A DNA stretch of 62,541 nucleotides, filler included, from Basidioascus undulatus (lineage: Eukaryota), in the NCBI GenBank assembly GCA_000826855.1. It is 4 parts of 4 records of this genome, joined end to end, with 100 filler letters (N's around TTAATTAATTAA, not from the genome) between each part and the next. Parts side by side here need not be neighbours in the genome. Positions count along the whole stretch, not along the records: positions 51,996 to 62,541 come from JTLS01001113.1; 3 more parts are not named here. One strand, 5' to 3'. A program made the translations under genes and the position numbers. How positions within the stretch are numbered: position 1 is the first letter of the stretch; each line of letters starts with the position of its first letter. Below, piece by piece: positions 51,896 through 62,541 of the stretch. Under the pieces are notes generated by a model. It saw nothing but the letters and a program-made list of their open reading frames with translations. It was not told where the DNA came from and did not search any database.

Positions 51896-51995
51896 NNNNN
51901 NNNNNNNNNNNNNNNNNNNNNNNNNNNNNNNNNNNNNNNTTAATTAATTAANNNNNNNNNNNNNNNNNNNNNNNNNNNNNNNNNNNNNNNNNNNN
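51896..51995. other. Artificial contig linker (N44-TTAATTAATTAA-N44)
   Basis: 12-mer at 51940-51951 flanked by 44 N on each side. Confidence 0.97.
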
Positions 51996-54820
<2,825 letters not shown>

Positions 54821-55346
54821 GCGGCCCTCTACCGGTCGCTCGCGATGCTTTGCTTGCTCTCTCGTTTTCCCGCGCCCTTCTTGTGCTTTGCTCCTCCGTT
54901 ACCCGTTATTCCCTTTCATGTGCCTCGGCGTCGTTATCCGCGCCGGGCATGGTGTATCGTTTAAAAGCTTTCACATTACCACTTCTCGCAGTGCTAGACC
55001 ATTCACGTCATGTCACGCCCTCATGTTATTATAGAAGCCCCTTCTAGACACAATGCTCGCCGTTCTCATGGTCCTGCTTTGCGATGCCGTGCGCTTGTGC
55101 GCGCGCTGTTGCGGGCAAGGCTGAGGGACTGGACGGGTGGAGTGTCTACCGGGGTGCTGCCTCGCGTTGTTGAAAGAGACGAGCAAGTGGCCTGGAGTTT
55201 AGTCTCCCAGCAAGAGCTTCTCAAAGCAAGTTAGGTGGAAATATAAATGTTAACTTGTACGACGCACGCTGGGCGAGGAAGACGCGCTCGATGAACTTCG
55301 CTATAAGACGCAGCATGATCTGTTCCGCCCACCTCGTCTTCTCGCG

Positions 55347-56081
55347 ATGCTCGTCCACCTTTTCCACAGACCACGACATGCGTTGCTCCTTTCGACTGCA
55401 TTTCGGCGATTATCAAGCACACTTCCTCCTCTTCCACCGCTTCCCCCTCCAGCGCTGGAAACGCCAGCAGACCACGCTTCTGCGCGAGCGTGGACGAACG
55501 CGTTCACGGTCGAGCACATCCCCGAGCGCGACCTGGACGTCTCGTTCTCGCGCAGCTCGGGCGCTGGGGGGCAGCATGTTAACAAAAGTGCGTTGGACTC
55601 ACTCCAACCTGGACCGACCTCACACTAAGCTCGTCCAAGCTGGCGCGGACAGCGAGTACCAAGGCGAACGTGCGGCTCGATCTGGCGAAAGCAAAGAGCT
55701 GGCTCCCGGGCTATATGATGGACGGTCTTCGTAACAGCGTGTGTTGGCTCTCTGGGAACCTTTTTGCAATCAAGAGTTTTCGTTCATGCTAACGCGGCGC
55801 ACGATCAACAGCCGTACTACACAAAGAACACGCACTCGCTCCTCATCTCGTCTTCCATGACGCGCTCCCAGCCAATGAATCTCCGCACAGCCATGCAGAA
55901 CCTGCATGCGCACCTGCTCGAGGTCGCGCGTGCACCGCTCGTAGGCGAGACGAGCCCCGAGCAGCGTCGGCGCGTGGAGGCGCTCGCGAGGGCGGACAAG
56001 GAGCGGCAGAGGGAGGACAAGGGGAGGAGGCAGGAGGTCAAGAAGGGGAGGGGGAAGGTTAATATGCGAAGGGACGATTAA
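55347..56081 (+). CDS. Mitochondrial peptidyl-tRNA hydrolase, ICT1/Pth4/ArfB-like (RF-1 GGQ domain)
   Basis: Presequence-like N-terminus, FSRSSGAGGQHVNK, TKANVR, SSMTRSQ..N and a basic C-tail. Two introns. Confidence 0.88.
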
Positions 56082-56513
56082 GGAGGACCGGTGATATTGG
56101 GATTGGGAGGATACATTGGGTGATTTCTTTCCTCGTGCAGCTGCTGGGCGTTGTGTGTGCGAAGGCTGAGGAGATGGGGCTGCAGGGGTTGAGCACGGCT
56201 CTTCCAGCGCGCGACGCGCCACGCAGAGCAATCACGCAGAGCGGCCTTGCTACTACCTTCTGCGCTCATGCTCGCATAGCGCAGGGCGGAAGTCTGTCGG
56301 TGGGCACAGGGCTCGACTCTGCATAGAGCAAGCCGAAGAGGGAATGGGGCATGTTCGAGTTCCAGGTCGGATGTCGAGTAATATATCAGCACAGACACAG
56401 CAAGCTGCGATCCAAGCCATGCAGATTGCCCGTATGTACTCCGGCATATTGAGCGTGCTTTCCGAAACAATGCTCGATGAGCCCTTCCTCCGCAACGCGG
56501 TCCCCCCGGACAG

Positions 56514-57941
56514 CTAAGTCGCCATCTGGTTCTTCACGAAGTCGGTCACAAGATGCAGGAATTCAGCGGGTCTGCGGGGAAAGAATAATCAGATGTTTTC
56601 AGAAAGATATATCTCCTTCAAAGGGACGAACTTCTCGGATTGCACTACCAGACAGGCGACCAGTCAGCGTTTTCTTACCGCACGCGTCTTGGAAGACGCA
56701 CCCCAATGTCCGGTTCCAAGCTTCTCGAGCTTCATGTTCGGGAAGAACTCCTCCGCGATCGGGATGTTCTTGCTATTGATGTACCTGTCACCGCACGCCA
56801 CACGCGTTCATGAGCTTCCTCAGGCGTATGCGAGGTGGGCCGTCTGCCAGACTCGCGGCGACTTACTTGCTCTTCTCGCCCTTGATGAACAGCGTCGGGC
56901 CCTCCCACTTCGCGCCGTCCCCTGGCGCGTGAGGGAAGTCTCCAATGGCAGGCACGGCGCGGCCGAGCAGCTCGAGCGGGATCCGGAACTTGTAGGGCTT
57001 CTCGGGGTCGGGACGCTCGAGGTTCGTGAGGAGGAATTGCCGGATCGGCAGCGCCTGTGGAATCGCCGATCAGATATGCGTTCACCAGGGATCAATATGA
57101 GTTTGGATGACACGTACAGGCTCATACTTCTGCAGAATATCGTCGGCGTCTCGCTTGGACGTGACGCGCGCCACCTCGACTTCCTTCATCCCGTCAACAT
57201 AGGACGCAAACTCGGGCGAGATTTTTCCGACCCCAGGCGCAATGTCGACGACGATGAGGTGGCGAAGAAGCTCGGCGTCTGACGATAATGCGAAGGCCAT
57301 GACGGCCTTGCCGCCCCTGTCGCGCGAGGTTGAGTCAGTGTTCGCTTTGAGAGGAACACAGGTGTTCCACGTACATAGAGTGTCCGATAAGAGAGACGTT
57401 GTCGAGGGAGTTCGAGCGCATGAAATGAGAAAGGTCGGACGCCATGGATGGATAGTCGTGCGGCTCGACGTGCGGCGACGTGCCGTGGTTCCGAAGATCC
57501 TGCCTCCGGTGACCACGTCAAGTCATCGGTGAACGCTTACACGACTCGCTCTTCGCGCACTCACAACAGCATAGACGTCCTTGTGGGTGTTCTTCGCCAT
57601 CGTCTTGGCAAGCGAGCGCCAGTTCTGCTTGGAGCCGCTGTGGATCCGTAAACCGGGTCAGGTATAGCGGCGACGGAGTGCTGAGTCTCGTGAGACGAGG
57701 CGCACAACAACCCATGGCAGATCACAATTGAGCCGTCCTTATTTGCTCCTGAGGGAGCAGGATAGTGCTCGAAAGCGAGGTCGATGGGCTTGAGCCACCT
57801 TTGGGACGAAGAGAAGGCGCGCTTGCCAGCAAGCGCCGCCGCACGCAGGCCTGCCACCGGCTGCGCGGTCAGCGGGATGATCGAAAAATGGACGGCATGC
57901 GAAACGAGTTGCTAGCCTCGAGTCAGTATCACGGAAGCCAT
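56514..57941 (-). CDS. Mitochondrial alpha/beta hydrolase, ABHD11/YbfF-like
   Basis: ICHGLLGSKQNWRSL, VDLRNHGTSPH, LIGHSMGGK, VVDIAP, RQFLLTNL, TLFIKG and GHWVQSEKP. First exon tentative. Confidence 0.9.
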
Positions 57942-58313
57942 GTTCGAAGCGAGGGTCAGTCCAAAGGCTGTGAGGTAGATGACGGTTGGCGGAGAACAGC
58001 GCGGGCGACTGCAGGCGCGGTCAGTACGCCGAGCGCTGCGTGCTGGTCGGTAAATTCAGGCCGCTGAGATTGTGCGCCCTATTGAGACCGAGCGTCTTCG
58101 GCTGAGCTGTATGTTCACAATCTTCTTACTTTCAACGCCCTCGGCGGTACCAAAAGTATCGGCGCAAAAAGGCGACCAAGCCCCGCGGTTTCGTGTTTGC
58201 AGTGCAGACCCGCAAAGATGACTTCAAATGATCAAACGTCCGCATACCACACGAACAGCTAAAACATTAGATATGAGAAGAAGACACTCGCTGCGGGTTC
58301 TGCCACTCCGCCT

Positions 58314-60512
58314 CATCGGCGTCGATCTGAGAAGACCAGATGCCTCCCATTCTCCTCCCCCCCGTACTCCCGATCCACGCGGACCCTTTCCCATCCCCCT
58401 TCCTTCTGTCCCTCTCCCCTTTCCTCCACTCTGATAGGCGCCAGCACGCTCTCCCTTGTCCACCGTCCCCCTCCCTCGGCCAGCAGCGCGACGAGCAGCT
58501 TGTCCCTATCCGCGACGTAGAGAAAGTCGTCTGCGGACCAGTACGGCGCGCGGTCGAGCTACGGCGTGCCCCCGAACTGGAGGTTGCAACACTGGAGGGA
58601 CTGCGAGGCCGCGCGGAAGGCGTCGAGGAGGGCGCTGATTGGGGGGAGGGGGGAGTGAGTTGAAAGGGGACAAGGGAAGGGGAGGAGCGGAGCGGAGGGG
58701 AACGCACAGGTAGAACCTCGCAAACAGGCAGTCCCTTCTGAGCGGCTCGTCCATCTTCATCAACCGCGCGGCCTCTCCCAGCTGCTCCGCGGCCATCCAC
58801 CACGCTGGGACGACGTCCTCGTCCCTCCCAGTGGGGACGACGGCGTGCGCAGTCCGCCGGTACAGGCACGCGAGCTCGACGTGCACCTCGGCCGTGGGCG
58901 CGTCCCCGAACGCCACGTACAAAGGCGGGTCGTCGATCACTTTGTCCGGCACGTTCGGGGGGAGGCCGTAGCGGGACTGAGTAGAGTATCCAGTGTGGGA
59001 GGCTGGTGAGAGAGATGAGAGCTTCACCCCCATCAAGTACATTGAATAAGCATGAGGAAGTGCTGAGAAAGAAGGAGAAAGCCCACCCATTTCCGATAGC
59101 TCGCCGCTGCCTCCCCCGGCAGGTCATACACTCCCTGCTGCAGCACGCCCTGGGGAATGCACGCGCGGACGGTGAACCGCAGTGCGGAGCGGGTGCCAGG
59201 CCAGCCGTCCTTCTTGTCCTCATCCACCCACACACATCGTACTTGAGGGGGTCATGGTGCGGTGGGTGGGGGAGGACGCACTGCTTCCAACCTTCGGTGG
59301 ACCCCCGCGCATCAAGGAGGTCGACGATCCGCTCTGCTGAGGCATGCGCGGGGAGCGGCCGTAGAGGGCGCGCTCGTAGTTTATTTGCGATTCTGTTGGG
59401 GCTGGGGACTGAGCGGAGGGGAGGCCAGGAGAAAACGGGGTGGAAAGCGCACCGAGCCGCTCGAGCGTGTCGGACTTGAACATTGCTGGATGTCGGGGGG
59501 AGCGCGCTGGGGTCCTGCAGCGGAACTGAGTGGGGATGGATGGAAGGCAGGAAGAGAGGCAGGAAGACGCACAATCAAGACACCCTCGCACAAGTCCGAG
59601 ATGAGTTCCGTCCCCGCGTTGAAGCTCTGCAGATCCCCCGCCCTGACCTGCGCGCCGCACAGTTTCTGTCCACGCGCCACGTACTCTAAGAATCCTCCTC
59701 CCCGCACGCCCGCAGAAGCCGCAACGCACCTCCAGCGCAGGCGCCATCTCAGCGCGCGCGCGCGCCAGCCGCGCGACCGCCGACGTGGGCCGGACGTGCT
59801 CCCCCGGCGAGAGGAGGACGTCGCGGTGCTGTGCCACCTCGATGTGCCGCTGCTAGAGGCGCAGCTCAGCGAGCGCCGATCTTGTGTATTAGGCGGGAGG
59901 AGCGGGAGCACTCTGCGGAGGGGGGGACGGGGTGAGCGACTGGAGGACGGAGGGAAGGGGAGGGAGGGGGAAGGCACCTTCGCGCCGGGCGTCGGAGAGC
60001 TCGAGGGAGGCGGCGCGGTCCCCTGCGGTTGGAATCACTTCCGAGTTATGCAAGCTCAGGCAGGGTGGAAGGGGAAGGAAACGGACGCACACGACTCGAC
60101 GGCGTGCACATACATCTGCAGGCCTTCCTGCGCAACGCAAGCTTCGCCCACGCCCTCGCCCAAACAGGGGCAATCTACAAGTCTCACATATCAGTATCTC
60201 TCCCTCTCCATAACAGCACACACTAAAAAGTACACACGCACCTCCAGCGCCCTCCGCGCGCTGCGCTCCGCGTCCGCCCACCAGGGGAGCTTGCACTGCG
60301 CGGCGGCGGCATTAGAGTGCAGCAGCGCCGAGTCGGGGGCGCGCTCAAGCCCTTTGTTGGACTGCGCGAGGGTCAAGAGTGTTTCCCTCGGAGAAGAGGG
60401 TCTGGAGGGGAGAAAAGTGTGAGGTTAAAGGGAAGACGGTGGAATGGGATGGGAGGACGGACATTGTCCAGTGTTCGGAGCTGGTCGATGGGGCGAGCGG
60501 GTCTTGCTCCAT
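58314..60512 (-). pseudogene. TPR-repeat protein pseudogene
   Basis: TPR-like ALLHSNAAAAQCKL..WADAERSARRALEIAPVWARAWAKL / VAQEGLQMYVHAVES with a 1-nt frame slip near 60138. Downstream coding blocks are scattered over three frames. Confidence 0.6.
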
Positions 60513-60950
60513 TGAGAAGTGCGGGAGTTAAGCGGTCAAGGTGAGGAGAGCAGTAAAGTTGAAATGAGAGCTTCGAGCAGACGAAACAGGGACGCGTCGT
60601 GTTGGCGCAGGTTCCACGCTGCCATTTTTCTTTTGCACTTGTCTGTTAAATGGCAGCTTCACGGAAACGTCTTGGAAGCGCTGTCCACGGTGAATGGAGA
60701 ATAAAGATCTGCGCATGGTCACTACATACTGTTGAACCTTCGAGGGGATGAAGCTGACGACTTAGCCAAGAAGACGTCCGGCAACGACGGGCCTATCGCC
60801 GTCGCAGGGGCAGATAACGACTTGATAACTCCCCCGCACTCTCATCCTCAACTCCTACTCCTCCTCGCACACCCCTCCCAACATCATACTTTAAGTAAGC
60901 CACTCCGAACACCCCTACATTCCCAATGAAGCTGAAAGGTACGGTGCAGG

Positions 60951-62541
60951 ATGCGTCTCGCCCCGCGCGAGTCGCCCAAGCTCCTGCTCCACACCCTCGG
61001 GTCCCTCGCCCAGAAGCGCCTCGCCCGCGGCCTCGTCCTCAACCACCCCGAGGCCGTCGCGCTCCTCTGCACCGTCCTCCAGGAGCTCATCCGCGATGGC
61101 CGGCACTCCGTTTCGGAGCTGATGGATCGCGGGAAGGGGATTCTGGGGAGGAGGCATGTGCGGCCGGAGGTGGGGATGCTGCTGCATGAAATTCAGGTGC
61201 GCCGATCGCTTGTTTCCTCCCACTTTCCTTGGAAAGAACGCTAAGAGAGCGGTCGCGGGGGATCAGGTTGAAGGCACCTTTGTCCGTCCCCCCTGTCCTC
61301 TCCCCACACCGCTCCCCGCTGAAACCCTCCCTCCCAAACAGCCCGACGGCACCTTCCTCGTAACAGTCCACGAGCCCATCTCCTCCGACGACGGCGACCT
61401 CTCCCTGGCCCTCTACGGCTCGTTCCTCCCGCTGCCCCAGCCCAGCACCTTCCCGCTCCCCCCGCCCGACGCGTACGCGCTCGAGAACCGCCCAGGCGCA
61501 ATCGTCGCGCGCCCCGACGCGCCGATCTTGATCAACCAGGGACGACACCGCGTAAGACTGCGGGTGACGAATTTGGGGGACCGGCCGGTGCAGGTGCTGT
61601 GCGCTATGTCGCTCTTAACTTTCATAAACTGACTTCGGTGGGGCGGTCAGGTCGGGTCGCACTACCATGTCAGTTCTCCCTCTCCCCCTCGCCGCCACGC
61701 CTTCCCCTAACCCCATCCCGCAGTTCCTCGAAACAAACCCGCACCTCTCCTTCGACCGCCTGCGGTCGTACGGTAAGCGGCTCGACATCCCCGCGGGCAC
61801 CGCAGTCCGTTTCGAGCCGGGCTCGACCCTCACCGTCACGCTCGTCGACATTGGGGGCGCGCGGATCATCTCGGGGGGGAACAACCTCTCCTCCGGATCG
61901 TTCGACCCCGCGCGGGTGCCGTCAATTCTCGACCGCATTACGAAGGACGGGTTCGCGCATAAGGAGGAGGAAGGGGCGGAGGAGCCGGGGATGGGGGGCA
62001 GTGAGTGCTGGGAGACGGAGGGAGAGGGAGCGTAGACAGGGATGCTGATGTGGGGCGGAGCGGACAGCGGAGGTACTGAGGGAGACGTATGTCAGCATGT
62101 TCGGGCCCACGACGGGCGATCGGGTCCGGCTGGGCGATACGGGCCTGTGGATCGAGGTGGAGAAGGATCTGACGGTGTATGGGGACGAGTGCAAGGTGAG
62201 CTTTTCCCTCCTTCATTCTTGCTCCCTCCTTCCGCTGACACGCGTGTACCCCTTCTCAGTTCGGGGGTGGTATATCTTCCCCCTCCTCCTTCCTGCTGTG
62301 TAGTATTTCCGAACGGGATAGAGAGCTGATAGTGGCACGGCTGGGTGAATGCAGGCAAAGTCCTCCGTGAGGGGATGGGCCAAGCGACGGATCGCCCCGA
62401 CTCCGAGACGCTCGACACGGTGATCACGAACGCGCTGATTGTCGATTGGTCAGGGATCTACAAGGTCCGTTCTCTCCTTCCCCTTTCTTCCCCTTCCCCG
62501 TTTCCCTTCTTCTTTTCCCATGCGCCCCTTTTTGCCCAATC
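60951..62541 (+). CDS. URE1: Urease, fused gamma-beta-alpha eukaryotic type (3' truncated)
   Basis: [103 protein letters not shown] and [14 protein letters not shown]. Confidence 0.97.

Noticed and set aside
58267..60422. 435-aa and 386-aa ORFs as intact genes
   Set aside because: They traverse obvious introns and mix frames of a broken TPR gene.

Overview
Intron-rich, GC-rich fungal DNA, most likely basidiomycete (allantoicase-ureidoglycolate lyase fusion, DUF6534-type membrane protein, 50-70 nt GT-AG introns with CTGAC/CTAAC-like branch sites). The window is four contigs joined by artificial 100-nt linkers (N44-TTAATTAATTAA-N44), so gene order across 30.5, 41.3 and 51.9 kb is unproven. I spliced the genes by hand. 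Apparently intact genes: PHD-JmjC histone demethylase (JHD1-like), SulP sulfate permease, Upf1/DNA2-like SF1 helicase, allantoicase-ureidoglycolate lyase fusion, Munc13-homology/C2 protein, RNase III, a small putative mitochondrial protein, a DUF6534-type membrane protein, a DUF1682/CCDC47-like protein (partial), DBP2 (partial), ICT1/Pth4-like peptidyl-tRNA hydrolase, ABHD11-like hydrolase and urease (partial). About ten frameshifted or stop-disrupted non-core genes lie between them. Most interesting observations: (1) two adjacent DBP2 introns are clear sequence paralogues although the exons around them are not duplicated, a candidate intron-copying event; (2) a 640-nt, hairpin-rich DBP2 intron at the conserved autoregulatory position with a distant branch point; (3) an unrecognised secreted protein built from phase-2/phase-2 exon-encoded repeats; (4) selective decay of accessory genes. 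All family calls come from recognising motifs; no database search was run.
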